A stretch of 63,856 nucleotides of DNA, counting the filler, from Sphacelaria rigidula (lineage: Eukaryota), in the NCBI GenBank assembly GCA_964200075.2. It is 10 parts of 10 records of this genome, joined end to end, with 100 filler letters (N's around TTAATTAATTAA, not from the genome) between each part and the next. Parts side by side here need not be neighbours in the genome. Positions count along the whole stretch, not along the records: positions 25,586 to 31,881 come from CAXNAA020020951.1; positions 31,982 to 38,276 come from CAXNAA020020952.1; positions 38,377 to 44,671 come from CAXNAA020020953.1; 7 more parts are not named here. One strand, written 5' to 3'. The position numbers and the translations under genes are program-made. Below are positions 25,486 to 38,479 of this stretch, piece after piece. The notes beneath the pieces are model-generated. The model was given only the letters and a program-made list of their open reading frames with translations, did no database searches and was not told the origin of the DNA. Within the stretch, counting starts at the first letter, position 1, and each line of letters opens with the position of its first letter.

Positions 25486-25585
25486 NNNNNNNNNNNNNNN
25501 NNNNNNNNNNNNNNNNNNNNNNNNNNNNNTTAATTAATTAANNNNNNNNNNNNNNNNNNNNNNNNNNNNNNNNNNNNNNNNNNNN

Positions 25586-27032
25586 TTTGTTGGGAATTAG
25601 AGCAGATGGTCGGGTTTGGTTGTATGTTTACGCTGCCTACGTTGCATGCTGCTATCGCGTGGTGTCTAGCAAGGAGTGCCTTTTCCAGATCTTGTTTCGA
25701 CTGTCCCATGAGGGCGCGAAGTTCAGCGATGGACGCTGCGCGGGACGTATTGCGTGAGGTAGGCTTGGTGGTGGATGTTGAGTCTAGGTACGCAGTGCTT
25801 CTGTTTCCTAACAGCTTCACAAAGTCGAAGAAAATTCTCTCAGCTACGTTCCCTCTGTTCGCCATTCTTGCTCCCAACGGATCTTGTGCTTCTACCCGCA
25901 AGGGTCGTAGTTCTAGTGACACTCTCATCACCTGGTGGTGCATGATCGATTGCAGGCTAGACTGATCCAGGGCAGAGGGGATGAGTAGTCTGAGAGCTCG
26001 TTCAATTAGATCATTGAGGTGAGATTCGGAAATATATCTCCAAAAATAGATCTCTTCGGATGCATGAGGCATTTCAGAGTCTACAGTGAAGGCTCTGTAG
26101 AGCAACACTAAGCGGCGTGCGGCGGCCGACCAAGCTTCCCCTTGTTTGATCGTTATGTTATCTAGGGCGAGTCGCGCGACCTCTGTTGCTCCGGGTTGGA
26201 GGGCGGATTCCCGTACTAATTTACGGAGCCATTCTGTTACTGAGACTTCATCGGGTTGTAGTGTTATGAATGACCCGTGTATGGTGGGGACTTCCACAGC
26301 TCTACCACTTTGTAGTTCGTCGTGAGTGCCTAGATAGTCTGCCAGTAGTTCGCTAAGTAGCTCTATACGGGAAGACGACATCCCATCCGGAAGTGGGCGG
26401 TAAATTCCGGTTTGAGTGTTGGTGTCATTGGGGAGGGCCCATATCCCTTGGTCCATATTTCTGAGAGTCTTAGCTAGCTTGTCAGCGAATATAACTGCGC
26501 ATGTAGTGTGCGATGTTTCTACTTCGCCCCCACCTAGTCCGACAAAAACCGGTTCTGAAGCATTTCCTAGCTTACTGTGTATGCGGCGGATGGCTTTACT
26601 GCGTGCGTCTGGAGATAGTTTATGGTTGTACGTCATACCTGGGTTCCCCTGTGAGGTGACGTTGGCACCCTGCTGGAGTATCTGTTGTTGTGCCGACGAC
26701 CCGCCTCCCTGGTTGGCTGTGGTTACTGGTACGGTTGGTGGTTGCGCATACCCCTGGTGGTGCTGGTTAGCAGCTTGTGGATAAGGGCGTGGTGGGGGTG
26801 GAGGCGGCACTACATTTCCTTGTTGTGGATGGGACACTCCCTGTGCTGGTTGTTGTTGGGGAGGGGGGTAAGGAGCAGGGGCACCCTGTTGTCCTACGGG
26901 GGCGACATACCAACCACCACTGGCAGGTTGAGCTGCCGGGGCCGGTATTTGGACCGGTTGAGCCTGGGGGGGTGCGTGCTGGTAGGCTCCCCCCACTTGT
27001 CCGATCGCAGCGGCATGCGCGTACATGTTCAT
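25586..27032 (-). CDS. Gag-like ORF (more than 480 aa, truncated by contig end) with P/Q-rich N-terminus
   Basis: Uninterrupted ORF with MHR-like ARLALDNITIKQGEAWSAAARRL, downstream of an LTR/PBS candidate. Confidence 0.7.
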
Positions 27033-27804
27033 GCTTACCTGTCGTGAATAGCGTGAGGATGTGCGTAAGGTTTTTCAGTGCATGAGTGTGTATGCTACGC
27101 ATGCTCAGAGTGGTTGTTACCTGAATCTATGTCGAGGGTGTACCGCCCGGTGTAGGAGACGTCGGTAAAAAAAACAAGAGTAAGTACGGACTGATAATAA
27201 CCAAGTGGCAGTTACTCGCTATTTTGTTGAGCTGCTAAAATCAAATGACCCAAGACTTCGTCTGAAAGAAAAAAATGAATATTGACAACACAACTAATAT
27301 TAGCAACACTCGGATCCCCGTCGGCACTTACCCAGCAGGTGAAGTATACCTTGAATTTATGTTGGGCGTGACTCGACGTACAAAAATGCGGGGAAAAAAA
27401 AGAAGGAGAAAAAAAAATGGGGATGAAGAACAAATGTGTAAAAGCCAATGAAGAGAATAGGAAAAAAATATGAAACGCTGGTTGATGGTCGCTTGCGATT
27501 AAACGATCCTGCATGACGATTTATTTTGTGCGCGACATGAGCCTTTCTCCTTTTTTTCTTTGTATCTGTAGTCAGTTGACTGGGTTGCTGATACATAATG
27601 TTGTCATGTTAGATGAATTTATTGATTGGCATTTCAGGGTTGTTGTTGATGGAGTGAGTGAGCATCGTTTTCCATCAGAGGTGGTTACCTGTCTGATCCG
27701 GGGTGAACAAAGACTGGGGAACCTGTCTTGTTACCGATCATGCGTAAAAGTAAAAAAATAAAAAGGACTGGGCTCATGTCTCGCATAAAAAAAAACTTCA
27801 TGAG

Positions 27805-27822
27805 TTCCGATTAGTCTCGCCA
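27805..27822 (-). promoter_or_regulatory. Candidate primer-binding site TGGCGAGACTAATCGGAA
   Basis: Begins with TGG two nt after an LTR-like ...GACA end. Its complement resembles a tRNA 3' end (...CUCGCCA, Arg-like). Confidence 0.55.
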
Positions 27823-27824
27823 GT

Positions 27825-28106
27825 TGTCCATGTATCAACGGTTCGGGTCATATTGTGCGCGGAGAATTTGCGCGCGGGGCGCCATTTACGTTAGGGTGTA
27901 CGGAGTGATCAAGTGTGGCTGTAGTCCAGAGTCGTGCGGGTCAGTAACCCGTGTATTACCGCTGATCGGACCCTACATCCATGGTGGGGATCTCTGCGCA
28001 TTGCCCGTTGTTTCGTGTAGTTCATCGATGTGCGGAGGGCATATATATTTAAAACTACAATTAAACTCTCCTATGAAAAGTGCGGCGTGGGAGTCGCTTG
28101 TGGACA
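27825..28106 (-). repeat. Candidate 5' LTR
   Basis: TGTCCA...TGGACA inverted termini and a TATA-like tract near 28045. The outer boundary is uncertain. Confidence 0.5.
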
Positions 28107-28647
28107 AACAGGGACGGATGTCGCGTTTTTCTTTTTTCCTGCGGTCTAAAACAAAAGCAATTTCCGGTGGTGGCGGCTGTAGTTAATACGTGCATTGCAT
28201 GTGTGATGTGTTTCGGGATGTGTAAGAATAGTTCATGTTGATGAAAGTCCCAAGTGTGTATCGTATAAATATCATGCAGAGGTTACACGTCAGGTCTACC
28301 TCAGTGTAGTTTTATACGAAAGTTGATCGAGGCCGCCACCCGGGGAAACATATTTCATTGACTCGCACAAAAGAAAGAAAAACGTGCATTCGCTGTGTTC
28401 AGTCCAACCTAGCAACCCGCTGATTTACATATGCCTGGGTAGGGTTCTAGTTTTCAGGCTCTCGGTACAATATCCCAAAATCTACTGTGTTCGTACAGCT
28501 CTTACCCTGCTGCGCTGTATTATGTGTGTAATCTATCGTTGCACCCCACCTGTTTGACTTGCCCGTGTTTGCTGATGTGAAGCGCATTGTTTCGTGGTAT
28601 CAAGTCGCATGCATGTATCGAGTGCTTTACAGACCGTCTGCGGGAGA

Positions 28648-29072
28648 ATCCCGCTAGAAAAAACCCCGATCCGCTCTGGAACACAAAACAAACAAACAAA
28701 CTGCGGACCCCACTGGGCAAGTTGCTCCGGTGGGCACCTGCCAACACCTCCGGTGATGTGTTGTACCTTGTGCTGCTGTGAGGCCGACTACTGTTACCAA
28801 TCATCACTGATGGTACAGCAGCTTCATGCTGGGTTAATCTGTTTGCCTCACACTGCAGTGCATCCCGCGAGAAAAAAAACGATCCGTTCTGGCCTACAGA
28901 AACAAACAAACTGCGGACCCCACTGGGCAAGTTTCTCCGGCGGGTACCTGCAAACACCTCTGGTGATGGGTTGTACCTTGTGCTGCTGCGAGGCCGACTG
29001 CTGTTACCATTCATCACTGATGGTACAGCAGCTTCATGCTGGGTTAAATCTGTTTGCCTCACACTATAGTGC
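28648..29072. repeat. Tandem duplication of about 214 bp
   Basis: Units start at 28648 and 28862 with high identity. Confidence 0.9.
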
Positions 29073-30434
29073 CTGATGCGTCTTTGAAGGGACGGTGGTA
29101 GACAACCATGACCGAATGGGTGTACCTGTAGCTGCACCCATGTGGTATGTTTGTTTGTTTTTTTACCTCGTTTCGGCAGAGCTTTGATGTCTCAAAGCTG
29201 CGAGCACGGCGTGCAATCACGATTGCTCACGCATCTTTCCAGCGCACCTCGTGCCGTGTTTGTCGTCGAGAGTTTTGATGTATTACAGCTTCATGAAGAC
29301 TACCGCATGTGAAAGGTGAGATGAGGCAACTAATTGTTCCTTTGACTCGGGGTGCAAATGCTTGCACGCCATGACGATTGAGGGGTTGTAACAAAGAGAC
29401 ATTTCGTAAAAACCAATTCCGCTCTGCTGGTCTGGCTGCTGTCAACATTTCATCCTGGGAACCTCACGCTGCGTGCGTGCGTTTGTCTCTCCTGCTCTCT
29501 CGGTTGGACACCATGTCGCAGACGCAAAGATGTATCTGTGTTAGACACGCAGGGACCTCTACCGATCGGGGACACGTTTCACACCAGACTTCGCTGGCTA
29601 CCTAATTACCGTGACACTTTCATTCCGATACGGTCAAACCTACGGTAGGAACCACGCAACACAGATTGGATCTTGCCTGTCTTAGTCCTAGTGCAGAAGT
29701 GAAGATGTGTGCAAGCACCTTGCTCAGCATGTGGGTCGATCCTTGGTGGATGAAGCGTGTCGTTAGCAGTGGTCAGCAGATGCGAAGTGCAATACAATAG
29801 TCGGGCGACGATGATCAGTTTTGCCTTCAGAATTGGTTTGCTTTCGTGTGCTTTTCTCTGTGGCCCGGTGGGGGACAGAGTTGCACGATATGTTTCCCAC
29901 CAAGTCATCATTAGACTGAAGAAGGTGTAGCCATGATCCAATTGCTCTATAGTCTACTATACAGGGTCATTATCCACCCTGTAACACAACCCCATGGTTG
30001 CGGACTTACTCAACTGTACAGTCTTGTTGCGAAAACAAATAGTACAGTCTGTGGTGTTGCCAGATGATGTCGGCTAGCTAGCTACCTACCCACCTCGCCA
30101 TATATCCCGCAGACGGTCGACGAGGGAATGGCAGTGCTGATCCGCTGTCACGATAAAAATAAAAAAAGGCAACCACCATATAGAGGTACAGCTCCGAATG
30201 GGGGACATTGTTGTTCACCTGCTAACAGTGATATTTTTTTTCACTAGACTGAAGTTTTTATGCTGTATATCATTCCACGATAGGTGCAGCCCTGTATGCA
30301 GCATTATGTCTCTAATACAGCAGCTTCATGCAGCCAGTCTCTACTACAGCAGCTGCATGCAGGACTTGTTCAAAACACTGTACTGTGGCTGCCGAGGTAC
30401 ACAGACAGCTCTCAAAATCTCCATATGATGCAGT

Positions 30435-30730
30435 GCCGGTCGCCACAGTTGCTCAGTTAATAACCTCGACACCTTCTGATGGTTGAGTCGTGGATTGAAA
30501 TCTCGGAGCGGTCTGGGATGTATTCCCACGCCATGCCCAACAGTGGAGAGCGACTATGTCGTGGGTACACAAAAGGAAGATGAAATACTACATACAAATC
30601 AAAAAGAAAAATCTCATGTGTTGTTGACCTTCCTCCTGTTTGACCACCTGCCACGGCTGGTGCGCGTACATATACCGAAAGGTATAGACTGGCGCCCAGA
30701 ATAAATGGCACGCTACAAACACAACAATAC
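30435..30730 (+). mobile_element. tRNA-derived SINE (decayed)
   Basis: Head with A-box-like ttgctcagttaa and B-box-like gattgaaatc, body shared with 12423-12693, AC-rich tail. Confidence 0.65.
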
Positions 30731-30848
30731 AACCTAGCCGACACCTGAGGAACTTTCCTCGTGGTCATAAGTTTCCAATGGACAAGACTCGTGAGGCCTC
30801 AACGTAGAACGATAAAGGTTGTTCGGTTCGCATGAGCGTACGTTTTCA

Positions 30849-30950
30849 CCCTTGGACCGCGGCGACGGTACTGCATCTCAATCACGCATATTCTTTTCAA
30901 GTGAATATTGATGCCGATTCAGCGGGTGACCTGCCCTCGCGGTCGAAGGA
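30849..30950. mobile_element. piggyBac-like MITE, decayed copy
   Basis: Inverted homolog of 16573-16670, with flanks ttca/tgaa. Confidence 0.6.
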
Positions 30951-32263
30951 TGAACACCGATATCCTCTTTCAAATGTTTCTCACTAATATTCTTAAACAC
31001 GCTTTTGTGTACTGTTGAGTTCGTACAACGGGGACCCACATGACCTAGATACGACGGTATTAGACGCTTCATGTCAAAACTAAAGAGGGATGGACTTCAG
31101 ATGTTCCGCCTTGTGTTTGTGATGAAGAAATGCCCCGCCATGAACACGCTGCTTTGGTTGGGGTTCTTGTTGAGAGTTTTTCATAATCTCGAGGGGGCTT
31201 TTGTGGTTCGGGATCGACACCCCCCGCGAAAAAGAGCCAGTGTGGGCGACTTTTGTTGGCCAGAACACGCGCCATAGGTATCAGATGACACCCAAACCTG
31301 AACTGTAATGTACCACTCACCCTCCTTCGTGCACTGCAAAACAAAGCGCAGGCTAATATGCCTTTCAGCCTGCGAAAACTCGGCAAAAGTGGTGAAAAAT
31401 GCTTAATGATACACGTACATATATTATAAAGATATAAAAATATGTAAAAGAGCAGAAGCAAACACATACCCCGCAAAGCCCACCAAACTCTTCGCACTTT
31501 GTCAATGTTCATTGATCAATTTCTTGTAATAAAATCACCAGAAAAAAGGGGGGGAAAACAGGATATTTTTAAATGTCGGAAAAATGCCCTCCAGCATGTG
31601 AGGTCATCGGGACAGAACGGGCAAGCAGCAGAAGCAGATATACGAACCTCATGAAGCCCATCAGACTTTTCGGTTTCTGTTAACGTTTATTGATCAAATA
31701 TTTCTTGTAACGAAAATAACAGAAATAATCAAAACAGTGTTTATTAATCACTTTCTTGCGAGGAAGTTGACAAAAAAATAGAAGAAATCATGACAATTTT
31801 CGAAAACATGCCCTCCGGGAGGGGAGGGGGGGGTGTCCTCATGATCATGCATGCCATAGTCATGAGACCATTGACGTCGCANNNNNNNNNNNNNNNNNNN
31901 NNNNNNNNNNNNNNNNNNNNNNNNNTTAATTAATTAANNNNNNNNNNNNNNNNNNNNNNNNNNNNNNNNNNNNNNNNNNNNCAGCCTCCAGTGAGTTGCT
32001 TTGTTCTCTGGCATCGCCACGTCCAGAGACAGCCACGGCTTATACACTGCCTCATGGGTGCCTCACTCGGGGAGGGGGGGGAGGGGAGGATCGAAAAAGT
32101 AAGCGTAGCCTCAGCCAAAATTTCAGATATGTGCAGATCTGTTAACCTCTGTGAACACGAAACGCGTTGAGACTAACTTCCCTATCAGATTCTTCGTGAT
32201 GTTCGACATTCCAACCCGTGGTTCAGTGTCCGCCACACGTGCAAAGGATGCCATGGCATGTAC

Positions 32264-32360
32264 CTGCTCCCCCCCGCCAGCATGTGGCTGTAGTTGTAGC
32301 ATAGCTTCGAGAGAGCTGCCATAGACTGAAGGATCGTATGTCCCGCTCAGCGACAGATAC
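32264..32360 (-). CDS. OCRL/INPP5B-like gene exon (end of ASH domain)
   Basis: YLSLSGTYDPSVYGSSLEAM resembles the OCRL segment [22 protein letters not shown]/GT borders. Confidence 0.75.
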
Positions 32361-32644
32361 CTTCGAGGATAGTGAGCGGTGATTGCGGCGCGTCGGAGGA
32401 ATCCGCCGTTCTTCAGGGTGAGACGTGATGTAGCTGTAAGTGTGCAAATATCCGTGAAACACACGTAATGTTGGTACTGCGCGGGATACCCAAACTCCCT
32501 ACTCCTCGTCCGGTGCTGAAAAACGATGACGCTTGTTCCTTCGATGACGCCGTGAGTTTAGTTTTGAGACCCATGTATGCCGGTAGCAGCGTTTTGTTTC
32601 ATTTATTTGTCGCACTTTGAACCCCTTCCCTTCCTCGGGACGAG

Positions 32645-33270
32645 TCTATGGTCTCAAGGAATCAACCCATATCCCCCCGGTACAGCGGTTACGACTCGAG
32701 TCTCAAACAAAAAATGGTCCTGCGGTACTGTAACATAGATCCCGAGCTCTGTGCAGTCACGGGGTGGGGTAAGGGAAGTCGTGCGGGGGGGCGTTCCTCT
32801 GTGTGTTTCCCTGGGTTGATCGACAGTACCCCGCATCATTTAGTGCCGAGATGGAGGGTAGCCTTCGAAACGATGACCTCAGCGGTTGCATCGCAGAACT
32901 GCATCAACCCCGTCCTTGGGTGGTCGAGAGTGTTGCACGGGGGGCGTACTCATTTGTCGCTTGCCTTAGTCGTTTGACCATTGACCACGCATCCCTTTCG
33001 AGACGGAGCATCGTTCCTACTCCTGATAGAGATACCCCCAACATTCCGGTGCTCAGTACGTTTCCATACATTACACAAGAACCTTCTACATATCTCACCC
33101 CCGTCCTGTTTCGCCGTCTGTGGCCGTCTGTGGACACCATCTATCTCCTAGTATAGCCATCGTTTTCTCGGTACTGTCTGGTGCATCAAAGGATTTCATG
33201 CCACCTTCGTTCACATCCCGCATTTCCTCCTCTAGCACCCCCCGTTCTTCCTTGTATAGTTCGGGTATTG
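32645..33270 (-). mobile_element. 3' end of a LINE-like retroelement (ORF C-terminus and 3' UTR)
   Basis: YKEERGVLEEEMR...MAILGDRW...GVSLSGVG resembles a repeat I recall as abundant in brown algal genomes. Short related pieces at about 6545-6590 and 37655-37720. Confidence 0.6.
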
Positions 33271-34689
33271 AACGGGGGTTGATGAATCCGTTTTCAGTAC
33301 CACAGGATTTCGAAAACAAACAAGAAGATTCTGGATGACGCCGTTGAAATTCGCAGTCATGACTACTCCCTCGGATCTACGACAACTGCGGGATAGACCA
33401 GCTCACCGATCGTTTCCCCGTTCCACTCTGATCACCACTATGTCTTCGAGAGCTTTGGACATCCGTCCATCCACCAACGCGCGAGCGAGGGAATCCTCTA
33501 CCTTTCGATTTAGAAACATGGCGGCGATTTCCAACAAGGCGCAGCAGTACAGTAGCGCGTAGAGCTTGTGCTCATTCCGACCATTCAGAGTTTATGTAGT
33601 ACGCATGTTCTCTGTTTTCTGCACGGCCTTCTCCCCTGAAAGTCATGCTCGAGGGGCCGATCATTTTTTGCTTGTTAGTATTATCAATACTTTAGTACTA
33701 TTGTCAGCAGGATCGGTTTTTCATGCTCCTGTACTCCTCTCCTTTCCTCTCCATTTCGTCCCGCTCTTCTCTTCTTTATGCGTCCTGTTTCATTTTCTCC
33801 CTCGTTGTTGTTCGGTTCGCTTCGTCTGCTCTATCTTCCTTTCTTCACCTTTCCCCTTTCTCGTGTCTCCGTTAGCCTGTGCCTCCGTCCTGTTTACCCT
33901 GGGCAGGTCTACCTTTGTGACCACGGTTGGATCCCTCTTGTGGATAATGATCAATTTATGTGTGTCAACCAATCAATCAATCAACCAATCAACCAATCAA
34001 TTAATCAACCAATCAATAACTCGCATCAGTCAACGCCTCCTACGAACTGAAACCATCGATGGGTAGCAGCCCTGTGGTAGTCACGGCACTAGCGATAAAT
34101 GGCAGAACTTTGTGCAATTTGTCGGGCACATTACCGCTTCCCCTCCCCGGCGGTCTAAATTAAAACGGTACATTGTAAACACGCTTAGATGTGCATTAGG
34201 GGTTCGAATCCCCACAGAGTCAATACTACACGGTCGTTATCTCTTGGGAGTGTGTGTTTTACGTCGCTAGAAACGCTAGGACGTGAGCAGCGCAGCAGAT
34301 GATTCCCTAGACAATTGCTTTTGTCGTAAAAGAGCGTACTGTGTACAGTATGGACTATATTGTCGATTGCAATAGACGCAACAGTCTATACTGTGCGCAG
34401 TACACTTTCTCACAATGTTATCTATTGTCATTATCCAGGGTGTGCAGCAAATATGTTTGACGAGAGTCAACGCGGTGCGGGAGTGGTCATCATCCGAGCC
34501 GCGATACCAAAAATACCAGGCATGTGCACTGGAGGAGAAATGGGTTGATCCTTTTCGACTATGAGAATAACTCGTCTCGACAAAGGGAAGAAAATGAAAA
34601 AAATGTATGGCAAGAAAAAAAAACGGAACGGGTGCAGCGCAATAACATCCGTAGGCATCACTTGTAGCCTACTTGAACATGCCTCCGAC

Positions 34690-34778
34690 CCATTGTTCCT
34701 GGGACGAAGAACACAAGCGAGACAGACATCCCGCGCGACGACAACTCCAGCAGCAACACCACAACAAGAGCGAGACAC
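34690..34778 (-). CDS. Probable OCRL-like exon (donor uncertain)
   Basis: ttgcag acceptor, phase 0 matching the previous exon, reading VSRSCCGVAAG. Confidence 0.4.
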
Positions 34779-34932
34779 CTGCAACGTCGAACGTTTCGAT
34801 TTTACCCTTCATGTCGCAAGCCGGGGTATCTGAGGGGGGTGGGGGGGAATATCCATATTGCAATGTTCTTCACGCTCCGACGACGCTCTTGATAATTTGC
34901 GCCAGGTGTTTCACACACACACGAGGTCTCAC

Positions 34933-35272
34933 CAAAACTCGCACTTCGATCTCCAGCTTCTGCCCAGGTTCTAACCTCCCCTCGGCGGGGTCGACAACGT
35001 ACCATGCGGGAGCGACGGCACTCTCCGCCTCTCCCTCGAACAGCCCCACTTCCTCACCCCCTCTGTTCCCGCTGGAACTCACTCCTGCCTCCCACCCCAG
35101 CATGCTAAGTTCGCCCGTTCTTCCGGGCTGGCCGGTCTGCCCCCTTTCCCGTGCACGAGGGACAGCTGTTGTGTCCTCGGTAGGGGCGGGGTTGGTGAGT
35201 GAAGCAATGGACGGGAGGGAGCTACTAGGTAAAAGGTTGGGATTGCTGGGCACGCTGAAGTTCGCAGGTATT
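34933..35272 (-). CDS. OCRL/INPP5B-like gene exon (ASH domain core with insertion)
   Basis: IPANF...PAWYVVDPAEGRLEPGQKLEIEVRVL, cgcag acceptor, gtgaga donor, phase consistent with the upstream exon. Confidence 0.8.
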
Positions 35273-35410
35273 CTGCGGTTGGATGTGCAAGAGAGGGGAG
35301 GCAAAGGGGACAGAATGAGGGTGGGCGCGCGCAGGGGGGGGGGGGGGGGGGGGGAGCGGCAGCGGCGGAGGATGACTCGTGCGTGGTTGCTGTTGAGCAA
35401 TAATCTGTGG

Positions 35411-35477
<67 letters not shown>

Positions 35478-36067
35478 CGGCGGTGCGTAAATCAGGTGCG
35501 ATTCGTGATTCCGCGCTTGTTCATTCTTGGGCAAAATTCTGTTTCGGAATATGGCGCTATAAAAAAGCGATGGTATCAGAATAGTAGATACCGTAAGCTT
35601 GTCTGAAAAGCACGTCTCCGGACACATTGATTAAAAAAAAAAACTTACGATACCGAATATGGACGAATGATCACAACGGTAATGTACTGGGTGGAAAAGA
35701 GTGGACTTACGCACTACGTCCCTACTTCCTCTCCGTCCCCTCTTTTCGCAGGTGGGCAACTTCCGGCGGAGCTCTGGTCGTGATCAATATTGACGACAGC
35801 TCGCGCATGGCAGCGCTATCGGCGGTGCGGTGTTGGGTTTGACCGTCGCCGGTGCGGGGAGCAGATGATGCGTTCAGTCGAATAGACTCCTGAGGGAGTT
35901 CAGCCGAAGGTTCACTACCAACCTGTTCCTCACAGATCCGCCCGAGTTTCCCTCCGATGGAGTTGTAGAAAGTCGCCCTCGACGACGATGCAGGGTTGCC
36001 TACACTCGAAGAGGCCTACGGCTGCGGTAAGAGTTAATGGACGTAGCGATAGACGATCGGGACTAAC

Positions 36068-36162
36068 CTCCCACTGTTCTCCAGCCAAATAGAACGACAC
36101 TGCTGCGCCTTGTAGCGCACAACGCCGAAGTTCATCGATTGCCTCCCTCCGACCACGTCTAC
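36068..36162 (-). CDS. OCRL/INPP5B-like gene exon (start of ASH domain)
   Basis: VDVVGGRQSMNFGVVRYKAQQCRSIWLENSGR, ccag acceptor, gttagt donor. AG plus A forms an Arg codon with the next exon. Confidence 0.8.
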
Positions 36163-36554
36163 CTGGCCAACAAAGCGGGAATCGGAAGTGAAATATACGA
36201 CATCTCTACGGACGATGAGGACCAAACACACAGCATATGCGTCCTGTATACTTAAAAAAATGTACCATTGGGCTGTTGTCTAGCTGGAAGCATATGTTCC
36301 ACGCACTCCACTCTGTCATGATTCGGGTCATTTGTTTGCGCACTAAGTCCTTTTGTGCTTACTCCATTTTGCGATTGCAGTATTTGAAGTCAACGTTCCC
36401 TCAAACGTTTCACGATCTGACCTTTCAACATCTTGTCAATTTTAAGCAGCATTTGTTCCCCCGGAAGAAGTGCTGGGCACACAAGGGACGGAAAGTCACG
36501 CAAGCTCGGACACAAATCTGTCATCGTCCGACGGGGATTGCACTGGCCACGCAC

Positions 36555-36635
36555 CTTCGCTTGTTTGTCCTCGGCACTCATCAAAGCATCGTCTACAAGC
36601 TTCAGCACCAACGTCATATACAAGTCAGGATCGAC
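36555..36635 (-). CDS. OCRL/INPP5B-like gene exon (helix between phosphatase and ASH domains)
   Basis: VDPDLYMTLVLKLVDDALMSAEDKQAK, aag acceptor, gtgcgt donor, phase 0. Confidence 0.6.
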
Positions 36636-38479
36636 CTTTTCCATGTTGGCGAAAGATATCGGGAGGGTTGAAGAAGAGGCCCGGGTCAGGAGAGAGGAGC
36701 AGGTGGTAGTCATGGCAGGAACGTGCAATGACAATGGAAACAGATGTGTTGAGGCGTCCTTCGCTTGTTCTAGGACAAGACAGCGCGTATCGGGTAAGTA
36801 GATAAATTGGAACTTTGACGCGGGAGGAGGGCGGGGGGGATGTACTCATGATCTTGCATGCCGTAGTCATATGATCGTTGACCTCGCATCCCTACAAAGC
36901 CGAGACGGAACACGCCGGGTTTTCCCCGGACCGAGTTTTCGATCAATCACCAAGCGCGAAGCGCCGTGATGTGTTCGGCGAGTCGCGTGAAGGGTGACCT
37001 GTATCCTACTAAGACTGTTCGGCCCGAAGCCTACGGATTATCTTGCGTATGGGTGACAGCCTCCAACGAGTTGCTTCATTTTCTGGTATCGCTGCTTCCC
37101 GAGACGTTCACGGCTTACGCACTGCCTCATGCGTGTATCACCCTTGAAACACTACGTAGTACGACCATTCCCTTTGCGAGGAGTTGAGGTGGCTTTGCAG
37201 GGGGGGTGGGGGGGGGGGAAGTAGTCATCATGGTGCTGTTCGAAAGCTACAATTTCGAGCGCAAAACAATTCATTAGTTCGGGCACCGCAAAGCACACGG
37301 ATTGATTGGGCAGCTTGTAGAGCGCCACTCATCGCGGCGGATTGGCGGTGAACGGATTTTCCGGATGAGTGCTTCAATCTTCGTCAACCTTTCCCCTCAT
37401 TGTTCCGCAAAGCGCACACCTGTCTGCCTTCTGTCTTTGTCGAGGGTGTGATTCCAGCTGGTGAACTCTTTCATCGAAACGAGATCTGGGAACATTATCT
37501 AGCTCCAGGCACATACAGATACAGATCGTCCTAAAAATGGATGCGTTGTCTCGTGCGTCGTGAACGGCGACAGTTCACCTCTTCATCCTTGTTTTTTTTC
37601 GTGGCACACTTTCAACAACACCCCCTCCTCTTCAACGAGACGAGTCTCTTAAACCGTCACAGGTCTCAAGCAATCAACCCCTCTCCCCCCCTGTAAACGC
37701 CTTACACCTTGGTTTCGCGGATTGGACCATGACCAACACGCCGGCACCGCGTCGACTTCCGTAAAAAAAAAAAGCTTCTGCTCCTCACGCCCGCATATCC
37801 TCAACGACTAAAATCAGATACATCTGAGATAAATATCCAAAATGCATCCGCCGGATTTCGATCTCGCTTTATTCCGACGTAATGGGCTTCCGTTTGTACC
37901 ATGAAACCACCGGGGTGGGACGGCAGCCTCGAAGGGTGTAAAATCACAGGGTAAGGCAACAAACGCTGCGGTCGTATACCGCCTCGGCTTCCAGTCTACA
38001 CATCTCGGCCAGTCTCCGCCGGTGGCCACGAAGGAGCCCCGATGTATCTTGAAGTGTATAATTCTTCGTGAAGAAAAGATAAGCGGCACATCGTAGGCTC
38101 CGAACACATCTACAGTTATCGTTCTGAGAAGAAAAATGGTCGAGGCAAACCATCCAAGGGTCGGACAAATCAATGATTCGTCTGGAAATTACTTGGTTTT
38201 CGTGTAATTGATTCGAATCGTACGAATCAACCCTTAGCCTTTGTTTTCAGCGTTGTAACCCAGGTACACGCAGACCNNNNNNNNNNNNNNNNNNNNNNNN
38301 NNNNNNNNNNNNNNNNNNNNTTAATTAATTAANNNNNNNNNNNNNNNNNNNNNNNNNNNNNNNNNNNNNNNNNNNNATATTAATCCTCCGGGTTCTCATC
38401 CTCAATGAAAAGCACCATCCTCAACATAGATGATCGGCTGTTATAACCTCTCAGCAATCGGGGTAGTGCTGACAAGAAG

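Noticed and set aside
31820..32070. Same repeat family on both sides of a spacer, implying true adjacency
   Set aside because: The family is abundant and commonly ends contigs, and the contigs are ordered by length.
34190..34225. tRNA gene (ggggttcgaatcccc; similar motif at about 56383-56396)
   Set aside because: Only a B-box or T-arm motif with no cloverleaf. More likely SINE heads.
34673..35627. Gly-rich and Pro-rich ORFs
   Set aside because: Produced by intronic poly-G tracts and by the antisense of a real exon.
37419..37529. Candidate upstream exon of the OCRL-like gene
   Set aside because: Splice-like borders, but the phase is incompatible and there is no phosphatase motif.
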